From positions 1,792,001-1,856,000 of the forward strand of contig OY969585.1 of the NCBI GenBank assembly GCA_963701295.1: a DNA stretch of 64,000 bases, given 5' to 3'. A program made the position numbers and the translations under genes. Positions within the stretch are counted from its first letter, which is position 1; each line of letters opens with the position of its first letter. The notes below the pieces were generated by a model. The model searched no databases, was not told the DNA's origin, and saw only the letters and a list, made by a program, of their open reading frames with translations. Of this stretch, positions 53,811 through 64,000 are shown piece by piece. Source of the stretch: Ignavibacteriota bacterium (GTDB lineage: Bacteria; Bacteroidota; Ignavibacteria; UBA10030).

Positions 53811-55871
53811 ATGAATAAATCAAGAATCAGTTTAACAAGCAGCCATTTTATTGTTCGATTGTTTTATTCTGTGGGAATCAATACGATTATCATCATGAAT
53901 CTTTTTCCTCAGACATCAACATTTCAGATTGCTCCTTTGTTCCAAGATAATATGGTCCTTCAACAACAGCGTAATGTGCCTGTTTGGGGCAAAGGGACTC
54001 CCGGTACCAGCGTTGTCATTAAAACATCGTGGGGAAAAACCGTATCTACTGTTGTAGGCTCGGATGGTCATTGGACGGTTGCCATAAATACACCCAAAGC
54101 AGGCGGTCCATTTCAGATTTCATTGCGTCATGGAAAATTATTATTGGTGGTACGAAATATTTTAGTGGGGGAAGTTTGGTTATGCTCTGGTCAATCCAAC
54201 ATGGAAATGCCTTTAGAAGGATGGCCGCCATCAAATATGATAACCAACAGTGACAGCGAAATCGATCAATCGCTCTATCCAAAAATTAGAATGTTTACCG
54301 TAATGCGTTCATATGAAGCATCACCAAGCGAATCGTGCATTGGAACTTGGATGGAATGCTCACCGGTGGATGTCCGCACGTTTAGTGCAGCAGCATTCTA
54401 TTTTGGGAAAAACTTATTCAAAGAGTTGAAAGTTCCAATAGGACTTATCAATTCCAGTTATGGTGGTACATTTATCGAAGCATGGATGAGTAAATCGGCA
54501 TTGAATTCTTTTGAGGAATATGCATCTCAATTGAAGCAGCTGGATATGTGCGGAGATAGTATTCGATCACTTAACAAATGGATAGTCAAACATCCATCAA
54601 TAGTTATTCATGAACAAGATCCGCTTCGCAAATATGAAGGATTGAATTTCCATGATGACCAGTGTTCTACTCGTTCGTATAATGACAGCACTTGGCATGA
54701 AATGAAACTACCGACATATTGGGAAAAAGCGGAGATTGGTGAATTCGACGGTGTAGTGTGGTTCCGAAAGCTTGTTACCATTCCCTCAAACTGGAAAGGC
54801 AAAGATCTTACACTCCGGCTTGGTCCTGTCGACGATATGGATGAAACATATGTAAATGGCAAAAAAGTAGGCGGTTATATGACGGACGGGTTCTGGAGTA
54901 CAGATCGTGTGTATAAGGTTACTGGGTCTCTAATAACAGATTCCCTGCTTCAAATTGCTGTCCGAGTGATCGATCTTCGAGGCGGTGGAGGAATATGGGG
55001 AAATAGAACAAAAATGATTCTTGTCAATGATGCAGATAGCAGTACTATTTCGATTGAAGGGAGTTGGAGATTCCTACCGGTGGCAGAATTGCAGTCAAAT
55101 ACATTTTATGTTTATGGAACGGAAGGAAACGAATTTTATAATCGGCCGAAGTTTCCTATCGACTTTTCGCAAAACACACCAAGTTCATTGTTCAATGGAA
55201 TGATCAATCCGCTTGTTCCTTTCACAATCAAAGGTGCTATCTGGTATCAAGGCGAGAATAATGTATCGAATCCTATTCTTTACAAGAAACTTTTCCCTGC
55301 TATGATTGCCGATTGGCGGAAACAATTTGAGGTTGGTGATTTCCCTTTCTATTTTGTGCAGATTGCTCCGTACGACTATGGGCAGAATTCAAAATCTCAG
55401 ATTCTTCGTGAAGCACAATTCCAAACTCTTTCTGTTAAGAATACCGGGATGGCAGTCACGCTTGATATTGGTAATCCGAAAGACATTCATCCGGCAGACA
55501 AAGAAGACGTCGGCGGGCGCTTGGCCTATTTGGCATTGGCTAAAACCTATGGAAAGAAAATTCCGTTCTCCGGTCCTGTTTACAAATCGATGAAGGTGAT
55601 AAAGGGAAAAGTAATTCTCTCGTTTGATAATGCTGGCAAGGGATTGATAATAAAACCGTTGAAGGGTGAATACAATTTCATGATTGCGGGCGAGGATAAA
55701 GTATTTAAGAAAGCAATTGTAAAGATTGAAGGATCAAAGCTTGTGATCTCAAACCCCGAAATCAAAAAACCGGTTGCAGTACGTTATGCTTGGAGCAACA
55801 CCGATGAAGCAACGCTGTTCAATAAGGAAGGATTACCGGCTTCATCATTCAGGACAGATTCATGGCAATAG
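53811..55871 (+). CDS. Sialate O-acetylesterase-family (SASA) carbohydrate esterase
   Basis: 'DNMVLQQ', 'GEVWLCSGQSNME', 'IWYQGE.N', 'DIHP', 'VRYAW'. Confidence 0.92.
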   Translation: MNKSRISLTSSHFIVRLFYSVGINTIIIMNLFPQTSTFQIAPLFQDNMVLQQQRNVPVWGKGTPGTSVVIKTSWGKTVSTVVGSDGHWTVAINTPKAGGPFQISLRHGKLLLVVRNILVGEVWLCSGQSNMEMPLEGWPPSNMITNSDSEIDQSLYPKIRMFTVMRSYEASPSESCIGTWMECSPVDVRTFSAAAFYFGKNLFKELKVPIGLINSSYGGTFIEAWMSKSALNSFEEYASQLKQLDMCGDSIRSLNKWIVKHPSIVIHEQDPLRKYEGLNFHDDQCSTRSYNDSTWHEMKLPTYWEKAEIGEFDGVVWFRKLVTIPSNWKGKDLTLRLGPVDDMDETYVNGKKVGGYMTDGFWSTDRVYKVTGSLITDSLLQIAVRVIDLRGGGGIWGNRTKMILVNDADSSTISIEGSWRFLPVAELQSNTFYVYGTEGNEFYNRPKFPIDFSQNTPSSLFNGMINPLVPFTIKGAIWYQGENNVSNPILYKKLFPAMIADWRKQFEVGDFPFYFVQIAPYDYGQNSKSQILREAQFQTLSVKNTGMAVTLDIGNPKDIHPADKEDVGGRLAYLALAKTYGKKIPFSGPVYKSMKVIKGKVILSFDNAGKGLIIKPLKGEYNFMIAGEDKVFKKAIVKIEGSKLVISNPEIKKPVAVRYAWSNTDEATLFNKEGLPASSFRTDSWQ

Positions 55872-55928
55872 ACATATGATGATATGTGTTATAACGAAGA
55901 AGTTGAAAAATATTGAAGGATATCGTTT

Positions 55929-58119
55929 ATGAAGCGCATGTTCATCTTTTTGCTATTTGTCATCACGGGTAACTCTTTACTTGCTGCTCAAGACACCATT
56001 CCCGCAAATAATTCTTATATACAATATTATGGACGATGGGATATGTCCGTTCCAACACAACCGGCGCATGGATGGCCGGGAGTGTATGTGACTGCTGTCT
56101 TTCAGGGAACAAGTATCGGTGTCATTACCGACGATAACGCTTGTTGGTATAATGTTTTTATCGATGATACGCTTGTGCAAATATTCAAGGGAAGTCTTTA
56201 CGGGTCAAATATGTATACGCTGGCTTCCGGACTTAAAGATACGGTACACACCATACTTTTCGAACTGCGGTCGGAAACTTCCTGGACCAAATTCGGGTTT
56301 TACGGATTTGTTCTGGATAGCGGAAAAAGTCTTGTCGCCCCGCCTGCAAAACCGCCGCGAAAAATAGAATTTATTGGAGATTCATATACGAGTTCTTCGG
56401 GCAACGAATGGACCCAATCGACTTCAGCGCCGAGCGACTCATTCAGCAATATTTATAAAGGATTCGGTTCGATTATTGCTCGGCATTATGGGGCACAGTA
56501 TATGATGACAAGCCGCGGGGGCATCGGACTTGTTCATGATTATACAGGAAATTACGGCAATAATCTCCCTGCATTTTATAATAGAACATTTTTTTATTCA
56601 CCAACACCTAAATGGGATTTTTCAAAATGGGTTCCCAATCTGGTTGTCATCTGTCTCGGGCTCAACGACTATAGCGGATGGGGAGGATATTCCACTCCGC
56701 CCACCGATCAATGCGCTCAATACTATAGGACCAGTTATCATAATTTTATCGCTACCATTATGGGCGTTTATGTAGGGACAAAAATTCTCTTGGTTTCTCC
56801 AAACGGTATCGATTGGCTTAATACAAATATCAAACAGGTGGTACAGGAAGAAAATTTCATGGGGCATACAAATGTATTCTTCGGTGCATTCCCATATTAT
56901 TTCGATCCCGAAGCATACGTCAATTCTGGACATCCCAGTGTTGCAACGCATCAAAAAATTGCCGATACTTTAATTTCTTTCATTGATTCCATCAATGCAT
57001 GGACTCCTTACATCGGCACAAAGGCGCCGTACATAACCAACATGCCATCTTCTCCTACGACAACGTACAGTTCATCATATACATTGAAAGTACAGACAAA
57101 CACATATGCAACAATGCGTTACAGTACCCGAAAATAAACCGTACGAACAAATGGAAAATGTCTTCACAACAACCGGAACTCAGACGCATTCTGTGGTTCT
57201 TTCATGTGTCAACGGTAATACATATACCTATTATATGCGCGCCATTGATATTTACGGCAATGCTATGGACACATCCGCAGTGATAACCATATTTGCTGAT
57301 ACGACAAAAAAGGCTGTCGATTGGACATCGCTCGATTATGATCAGTCCGCATGGAGCAAAGGAACCGCTCCTCTGGGAAATGGAACCGGCGTTACGACTC
57401 AGGTCGGTAATGTAACGACGGCATATTATAGACATATATTTCCTATCGATACCAGTTCGAGCTTTTTTTTGAAAGTCAATATTAAGGGACACGACGGTGC
57501 AATCGTTTATTGCAACGGGACAAAGATCGCAACTTTCAATATGTTTGCCAATTCCGGAGTTACGTATTCTACTCTTGCCGATAATATATTCAATTTCGAT
57601 ACGGCAATTGTATTTACAAAAGCGAACGGATACAACAGGTTATTGCAAATTGGCAACAATATTATAGCAGTTGAAATGCACACGGGAAACACCAGTACTC
57701 AAAATTCCAGCTTTGATTCATACGTTATCAATACATCGGACAACAGTTATATATACTCATTAGGTTCCGATTGGAATTATTATGCCGGCGGTTCTACTCC
57801 GCCGAATCAAGTGAATGTCGTCAGCGTCGTAGCAAACGAATCCAATCTCATTCCCATGAAGACGGATTTACTTCCCAACTATCCGAACCCTTTCAATCCG
57901 TCAACGACTATACAGTACGTGATATCTTCCCGGTGCATGGTAACACTTAAGGTCTATAATGTCCTGGGGGAAGAAATTGTGATATTGGTGAACGAACAGA
58001 AACCTGTTGGATCGTATAAGGTTCAATTAAATGCCAATAAGTTTGCGAGCGGCGCATACTTTGCTGTCCTTCGTGCCGGAAGCTTTATGAAGACAACAAA
58101 GTTGCTTTTATTGAAGTAG
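55929..58119 (+). CDS. Secreted SGNH esterase (CE2-like) with T9SS C-terminal domain; frameshift near 57125
   Basis: 'IQYYGRW', 'KIEFIGDS', 'LGLND', 'GHP'; 'NYPNPFNPST...KLLLLK'. Confidence 0.85.
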
Positions 58120-58419
58120 GATTTCTTTATCCAGCTTTGGTAGGATATAAACGAGTTTTTACATTATGAATTGGATGTTGCGCCGTTTTTATCCTAATAA
58201 ATTTTTATGGTTTATAGATCGTGAACACAAATACTCTTTAGCTAGAAATATTCTGATGTGAGAGTATTTATTTCGTCATATTGTATTGTAATGGATTCTT
58301 GAGAAAAGACATCGAAGTCTTTTAGGAAGATGAAAAATCTTAGGGCACAATATTAAAAAAAGATCTATACTTCACTTCATAATGCATTGAAAATTACAAC
58401 TAAAAACAAAGGAATCTTT

Positions 58420-59628
58420 ATGAAAAAAATATTTTTAACTCTTTTCGCTGTCATCCTTTTTTTTCCGCTGCTGCTTGCGCAAAAATTCCAAGGACTAGCG
58501 CTAACACCGCCGATGGGGTGGAACAGTTGGAATACATTTGCATGTAACGTCGACGAGTCTCTCATTCGCGAAATGACGGATGTCATTGCAATAAACGGCA
58601 TGAAAGAGGCTGGTTATACGTACATTGTTCTCGACGATTGCTGGGAGGGTGAACGGGATAGCCTAGGATTTATTCATCCAGATCCGAAGCGTTTTCCCTC
58701 TGGAATGAAAGCCCTAGCCGATTATATTCATTCCAAAGGATTAAAATTTGGCATTCATTCATGCGCGGGTATTAAAAGCTGTGCCGGATATCTATCCAGC
58801 CGCGGACATGAATATCAGGATGCGCTGATGTATGCGAAGTGGGGTGTTGATTATCTCAAGTACGATTGGTGCAATACGAATGGATTAAATGCGGTGGGAG
58901 CATATACGACAATGCGCGATGCTTTATTCGCTGCGGGGAGACCCATAGTATTTAGTTTGTGCGAATGGGGGAATAACAATCCGTGGGAGTGGGGCAAAGA
59001 TGTCGGACACTTGTGGCGTATCACGGGAGATATTACAGATTGCTTTGATTGTGAAATAAATCATGGCACATGGTCATCCTGGGGAATTATGAAAATTGTC
59101 GAAATGAGAAAAGATATTCGCCGCTATGCGGGTCCTGGTCACTGGAATGATCCGGATATGTTGGAAGTAGGAAGAGGGATGTCTCTGAGTGAAGACCGGG
59201 CGCATTTTTCTCTCTGGTGTATAATGGCTTCTCCGCTCATTGCAGGAAATGATCTGCGTAGTGTGAAGAAAGAGACGATGGAGATTCTCACAAACAAAGA
59301 GATGCTCGCTGTTGACCAGGACTCTCTTGGTATTCAAGGATACCGATATGATGCAAAAGACAGCCTCGAAGTGTGGGTAAAGCCGCTCATGAAAGATGAT
59401 TGGGCTGTGTGTTTTCTCAATCGGTCTGCAAAAACACAGAAAATAGATTTTGACTGGTCGAAGAATGTTGTGATTGATACTGTTGCGCACCGGACACTCA
59501 ATACCAATGAGACAGTCTTTACTTTGCGAAATTTATGGACAAAGAAGAATATCGGAAGTACAAAAAAGAATCTTCAGGCAGTAGTCCAGTCGCATGATGT
59601 CTTTGTAGTAAGATTAGGGAAGAAATAA
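58420..59628 (+). CDS. GH27 alpha-galactosidase
   Basis: 'TPPMGWNSWN', 'LDDCW', 'YLKYDWC', 'WNDPDML'. Confidence 0.95.
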   Translation: MKKIFLTLFAVILFFPLLLAQKFQGLALTPPMGWNSWNTFACNVDESLIREMTDVIAINGMKEAGYTYIVLDDCWEGERDSLGFIHPDPKRFPSGMKALADYIHSKGLKFGIHSCAGIKSCAGYLSSRGHEYQDALMYAKWGVDYLKYDWCNTNGLNAVGAYTTMRDALFAAGRPIVFSLCEWGNNNPWEWGKDVGHLWRITGDITDCFDCEINHGTWSSWGIMKIVEMRKDIRRYAGPGHWNDPDMLEVGRGMSLSEDRAHFSLWCIMASPLIAGNDLRSVKKETMEILTNKEMLAVDQDSLGIQGYRYDAKDSLEVWVKPLMKDDWAVCFLNRSAKTQKIDFDWSKNVVIDTVAHRTLNTNETVFTLRNLWTKKNIGSTKKNLQAVVQSHDVFVVRLGKK

Positions 59629-59759
59629 CTGCACGTTTCCTTTATGGCTAAAAGTGCTTCCAGTGTTTTCGTCTTTAGGACGGGCGATGATTAGTGCTAT
59701 GAATGAAGAAGTGAATTACAGAAGAGAATAAATAATAGAGCTGAACATGTGGAACGACC

Positions 59760-60863
59760 ATGAATAATAAAACATCAATACTATTTATTTTGTTCGTAGC
59801 AGAAGTCTGCTTGGCGCTCGTGGCACATTCACAGCAGGTGCAATCAGGGGCAAAATATTTCGATTGGTCCTACGGCCAGGAAATGAGAAGGCCTGTCGAT
59901 AATCCTAATGCAAAAAAACTTTCGCTCATCAAAGTGAAAGGAAATAAATTTGTCAATGCATCAGGAGATACGATTGTGTTTAGGGGAACGGCGATTGCTG
60001 ATCCGGATAAATTAGAACAAGGAAAACACTGGGATAGAAATATATTTCTACGCGTAAAAGAATTCGGCGCTACACTCGTTCGCATTCCGGTTCATCCTGT
60101 GCCCTGGCATATGCGTACTCCTGAAAAATATCTCCAGCTTCTTGATCAAGCGGTTGACTGGTGTACAGAACTCGGGATGTATGTCATCATCGATTGGCAT
60201 TCTATCGGGAATCTCGGAATGGAACTGTTTCAGGATCCTGTGTATTATACAACGCGTCAGGAAACATATGAGTTCTGGCGTACCATCGCCATGCATTTTA
60301 AAGGAAACAACACGATTGCGTTTTACGAACTCTTCAACGAACCGACATTGAATAATGGCAAATTGGGGAGTATGTCGTGGAGTGAATGGAAGAAAATAAA
60401 TGAGAACCTTATCCATCTCATTCGAGCATATGACACTGAACGAATTCCGCTGGTGGCAGGCCTTGACTGGGCATACGATTTAACTCCGCTTCGTATTGAG
60501 CCGATAGATGCGGAGGGTATTGGATATGTAACGCATCCCTACGCGCATAAATGCAAAAGGCCATATGTTCCGAAGTGGGATGAAGCTTTTGGTTTTGCTT
60601 CGAATCGCTATCCTGTCGTCGCAACTGAATTCGGATTTACCTTTGGAACGCAGGAATGGGAAGATAATGGTGATTATGGAAAAGAAATAATTTCATATTT
60701 GGAAGAACGCGGAATAAGCTGGGTGTGCTGGGTGTTTGATCCGGAATGGTATCCCAGATTGGTCGAAGCTTGGTTCCTTTTAGACTTACAAAGAGCGGTG
60801 AATTTTTTAAGCAAGCTCTTCAACAAAAAATTCAAAAATAACGAATTTATTTTGATATCCTGA
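59760..60863 (+). CDS. GH5 glycoside hydrolase (possible frameshift near 60775)
   Basis: 'VRIPV', 'IIDWH', 'YELFNEP', 'ATEFG'. Confidence 0.9.
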   Translation: MNNKTSILFILFVAEVCLALVAHSQQVQSGAKYFDWSYGQEMRRPVDNPNAKKLSLIKVKGNKFVNASGDTIVFRGTAIADPDKLEQGKHWDRNIFLRVKEFGATLVRIPVHPVPWHMRTPEKYLQLLDQAVDWCTELGMYVIIDWHSIGNLGMELFQDPVYYTTRQETYEFWRTIAMHFKGNNTIAFYELFNEPTLNNGKLGSMSWSEWKKINENLIHLIRAYDTERIPLVAGLDWAYDLTPLRIEPIDAEGIGYVTHPYAHKCKRPYVPKWDEAFGFASNRYPVVATEFGFTFGTQEWEDNGDYGKEIISYLEERGISWVCWVFDPEWYPRLVEAWFLLDLQRAVNFLSKLFNKKFKNNEFILIS

Positions 60864-60946
60864 TAGCAGCGACACTGATGATTGATCTGTTTTTCCCCTG
60901 TGGAGGTCATCAATAGTATAATGGAAATATCAAGAGGGTTATATGG

Positions 60947-61989
60947 ATGAGATTCTCCATGCGCAGTGTAATAATTTTTTTCGTTTTCATGCTACTGTAC
61001 ACTATTGTAAAAACCGAGGATGGTTCCTTATCGGAGAAAGAGAAAGGAAAACCGACAATTGTCAGTCTTGTTGGGTTCATCCATGTAAAAGGAAATAAGA
61101 TCGTCGACCAGTATGATACTCCCGTTGCTTTACATGGTATAAGCTTATTTTGGAGTCAATGGGGGGGCGGTTTTATAATGCAGACTGTATCCGATGGCTG
61201 CGAGATGATTGGAAATGCACTGTTATCAGAGCAGTCTGCGGTATTCAATCTGATGGATATCTTGGAAATCCGGAAGCAGAACTAGCAAAAATATCAACAG
61301 TAATCGATGCATGTATTGACCTCGGGATATATGTCATCGTCGATTGGCATGATTATAACGCAGAAAAACACTTGCAGCAGTCAAAAGAGTTTTTCCGAAC
61401 AATTGCATGTAAATACGGTAGAACTCCGAACCTCATCTATGAAATATACAATGAACCTCTCAAAGTGTCTTGGGGCGATGTTATTAAACCGTATGCGAAA
61501 GAGGTTCTTACGGCTATTCGACAATATAATCCTGATAATCTCGTCATTATTGGTACACCGCATTGGGCACAAGATGTTGACACTGCCGCTCAAGCTCCAA
61601 TTTCCGATTCGAATATAGCGTATTCATTTCATTTCTATACCAGTGATAAATGGCATAAGCAAAACCTGCGGGATAAAGCAATCGCAGCCATAAAAAATGG
61701 GTTACCAATTTTCATCACGGAATATGGTATTAGTGAATCGAATGGAAATGGCATCATTGACTCTGTAGAAACAATAAAATGGTTTTCCTTTATTGATGAA
61801 TATGAGTTGAGTACCTGTAATTGGTCCATCATGGATAAGGAAGAGACTTCCGCAGCTTTAAAGCCCGGAGCAAATGCAATCGGTCATTGGAATATTTCCG
61901 ACCTGAATATGTCCGGTGTGTTTATACGAAACAGGATTCGAACGATAAATGAAAAAATATTTCAATTATTGGATACAAAGACGAAATAG
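60947..61989 (+). CDS. GH5 endoglucanase-like enzyme; frameshift in a G-run near 61165
   Basis: 'LHG.SLFWSQW', 'YVIVDWH', 'YEIYNEP', 'FHFY', 'ITEYG'. Confidence 0.9.
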
Positions 61990-62022
61990 TAACAAACTTC
62001 ATCAATTTGAAAGGAAACAACC

Positions 62023-63555
62023 ATGAATATGGCTTCACTTCCCGTCTTTCCAGAGTGTAATCTATTTTATGTGTGTCAAGTGTCTATTTTATTGTTGTTT
62101 GTTGTGTGCATCGTAATCAGTACATCATTGGGAAACATTCCATCATTTGAAGGGAAGACTAATATTGGAAAGGTCAACATTCCAGGATCAATTCAGATTG
62201 ATTCCTCCGCCGCCGGGATCATTCGTATGACCGGGAACGGAGAAAATATTTGGGGAACCGATGATGCGTTCTATTTTGTATGGAATAAAATCGATGGCGA
62301 TGCATCATGTTCGGTCGATGTTGGATGGGAGGGCACAGGGAAACATCCACACCGAAAGGCAGGTTGGATGTTCCGTGCTGGATTAGAAGCGAATGATCCT
62401 TATGTCGACGCCATCGTTCATGGAGATGGCCTTATTTCGATGCAATACAGAATATCCAAGGGGGACGTGACAAAAGAAGTGCAGTATCCTCTTCGAGGCG
62501 CCAAACGAATAAGTATCGAACGAACTGGCGATCAATTTACAATGTACGTTTTAGGAATCGACAGTGTACTGCATCCTGTAGGCACGATAACAGTTGAACT
62601 TCGCGGACAAGTCTATGCCGGATTGGCTGTGTGTTCTCATGACTCAACGACGAAGGAGACTGCACTATTAACGAATGTGGGATTCAAATTGCTCGGTAGT
62701 TCTCCCTTAGAGAAACGTATTGTCGAAAGTACACTTGAGACTCTTAACATCGAAACAGGAGTTCGCTCCATTGTCCACCGTGCAAAGCAACATTTTGAAG
62801 CGCCCAATTGGAGTCGCGATGGAAAATATTTTCTATTTAATTCCGGAGGAAAAATCTATACGATTCCTGTCGGCGGCGGCACGCCGCAGTCTTTAAATAC
62901 TGGGTTTGCAATCAAGTGTAATAACGATCATGGGATTTCATGGGATGGAAAAGAATTAATCATCAGCCATCATGCCGAAGAGAATAAATCGCTTATATAT
63001 ATTGTTCCAATCATGGGCGGCGAACCGCGCCTTATTACGACGAAGGGTCCATCGTACTGGCATGGGATATCTCCGGATAATAAAACTCTTGCATACTGTG
63101 CCGAACGAAATGGAGAATACGATGTGTATACAATCGCATCATCCGGTGGTGAAGAGAAACGTTTGACCTCGACACCTGGCCTCGATGATGGTCCGGAATA
63201 TTCCGTGGATGGGAATTACCTATATTTCAATTCTGTACGAACCGGACAGATGAAAATCTGGCGGATGAAACCGGACGGTTCTCAACAAATTCAATTTACT
63301 CCGACTGATGAATATGGTGATTGGTTTGCACATCCTTCTTCTGATAATAAATGGATCGTCTTTGTTTCCTATGACAAAAGTGTTGAAGGACATCCGGCAA
63401 ATAAAAATGTCGTGTTGAGATTGATGCCGACTACCGGAGGTGATATTAAAAATATTGCTTATCTCTTCGGCGGACAAGGCACTATCAATGTCCATTCATG
63501 GTCGCCGGATAGCAAACAATTCGCTTTTGTAAGTTATAGACTTGTAATTCCTTGA
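62023..63555 (+). CDS. TolB-like beta-propeller protein with an N-terminal beta-sandwich
   Basis: 'FEAPNWS.DG', 'NNDHG.S.DG', 'SYWHG.SPD', 'DDGPEYS', 'GGQGTIN..SWSPD'. Confidence 0.85.
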   Translation: MNMASLPVFPECNLFYVCQVSILLLFVVCIVISTSLGNIPSFEGKTNIGKVNIPGSIQIDSSAAGIIRMTGNGENIWGTDDAFYFVWNKIDGDASCSVDVGWEGTGKHPHRKAGWMFRAGLEANDPYVDAIVHGDGLISMQYRISKGDVTKEVQYPLRGAKRISIERTGDQFTMYVLGIDSVLHPVGTITVELRGQVYAGLAVCSHDSTTKETALLTNVGFKLLGSSPLEKRIVESTLETLNIETGVRSIVHRAKQHFEAPNWSRDGKYFLFNSGGKIYTIPVGGGTPQSLNTGFAIKCNNDHGISWDGKELIISHHAEENKSLIYIVPIMGGEPRLITTKGPSYWHGISPDNKTLAYCAERNGEYDVYTIASSGGEEKRLTSTPGLDDGPEYSVDGNYLYFNSVRTGQMKIWRMKPDGSQQIQFTPTDEYGDWFAHPSSDNKWIVFVSYDKSVEGHPANKNVVLRLMPTTGGDIKNIAYLFGGQGTINVHSWSPDSKQFAFVSYRLVIP

Positions 63556-63592
63556 TCAAGAGAAGTAAAAGAAAGGATAAAGGTGCAATACA

Positions 63593-64000
63593 ATGGGAAA
63601 AGAAAAGTATTCACGGAAAGACTTTATAAGACTCCTCGGGTTCGGTACCGCTGCATTGGCGTTTCCCGATTTTTCTTTTTCGCAAACTCACAAATACACG
63701 GCGCCTATTGCAATTCAACTCTATACCGTCCGGAAAAAAATAGAAAAAGACTTTGAAAGTACTATACGCGCCGTTGCTGAGATGGGGTTTTTCGGCATTG
63801 AAACATATGCACTGCCCCAAAATATTACTCTAGTGCGAGCCTCAAAAGTTTTCAAAGATTGCGGATTAAAAGTTATCAGTATGCATACCGAAATGCCAGT
63901 TGGCGATCAGAGAGATGCTATTTTAAGAATGGCGGACGCATATAATTGCAAATATGTAGTTTACGCTGGATGGCCTCAAGGGGACAAATATAAAAATCTT
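63593..64000 (+). CDS. Sugar-phosphate isomerase/epimerase (TIM barrel) with Tat-like leader, 3'-truncated
   Basis: MGKEKYSRKDFI...'IQLYTVR', 'VAEMGF.GIE'; open to the window end. Confidence 0.8.
   Translation, partial: MGKEKYSRKDFIRLLGFGTAALAFPDFSFSQTHKYTAPIAIQLYTVRKKIEKDFESTIRAVAEMGFFGIETYALPQNITLVRASKVFKDCGLKVISMHTEMPVGDQRDAILRMADAYNCKYVVYAGWPQGDKYKNL

Overview
Bacterial chromosomal window, most consistent with an Ignavibacteria-like (FCB group) organism: several proteins end in a T9SS sorting domain 'QNYPNPFNPST...KKLxLLK'. It has four zones. (1) ~1.3-19.7 kb: accessory region at the 3' end of a minus-strand initiator tRNA-Met, with three relic copies of the tRNA 3' end. It holds an integron cassette array (attI-like site, 8 intact long attC sites, 3 damaged ones) but no integrase in the window. 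Cargo includes a fused restriction-modification-like enzyme, a UDG-like protein, an ORF-less cassette and 2-3 paralogous T9SS beta-propeller cassettes. (2) ~19.9-39.8 kb: housekeeping genes (gap, pgk, ispG, trxA, ECF sigma/anti-sigma, CIRCE-groESL, tilS-hpt-ftsH). (3) ~40-52.9 kb: a two-component/sigma-54 activator cluster divergent from a nine-gene locus of seven small secreted pilin-like paralogues, a two-Ig-domain chaperone-like protein and a 1007-aa usher-like protein with a SPOR domain, behind two sigma-54-type promoters. This looks like a non-canonical chaperone-usher-type fibre system and is the best candidate for an undescribed system. (4) ~53-64 kb: glycan (probably galacto/glucomannan) degradation genes. 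About nine genes are frameshifted, five of them at GTAC, suggesting modification-linked long-read errors. All assignments come from reading motifs by eye; no database searches were run.
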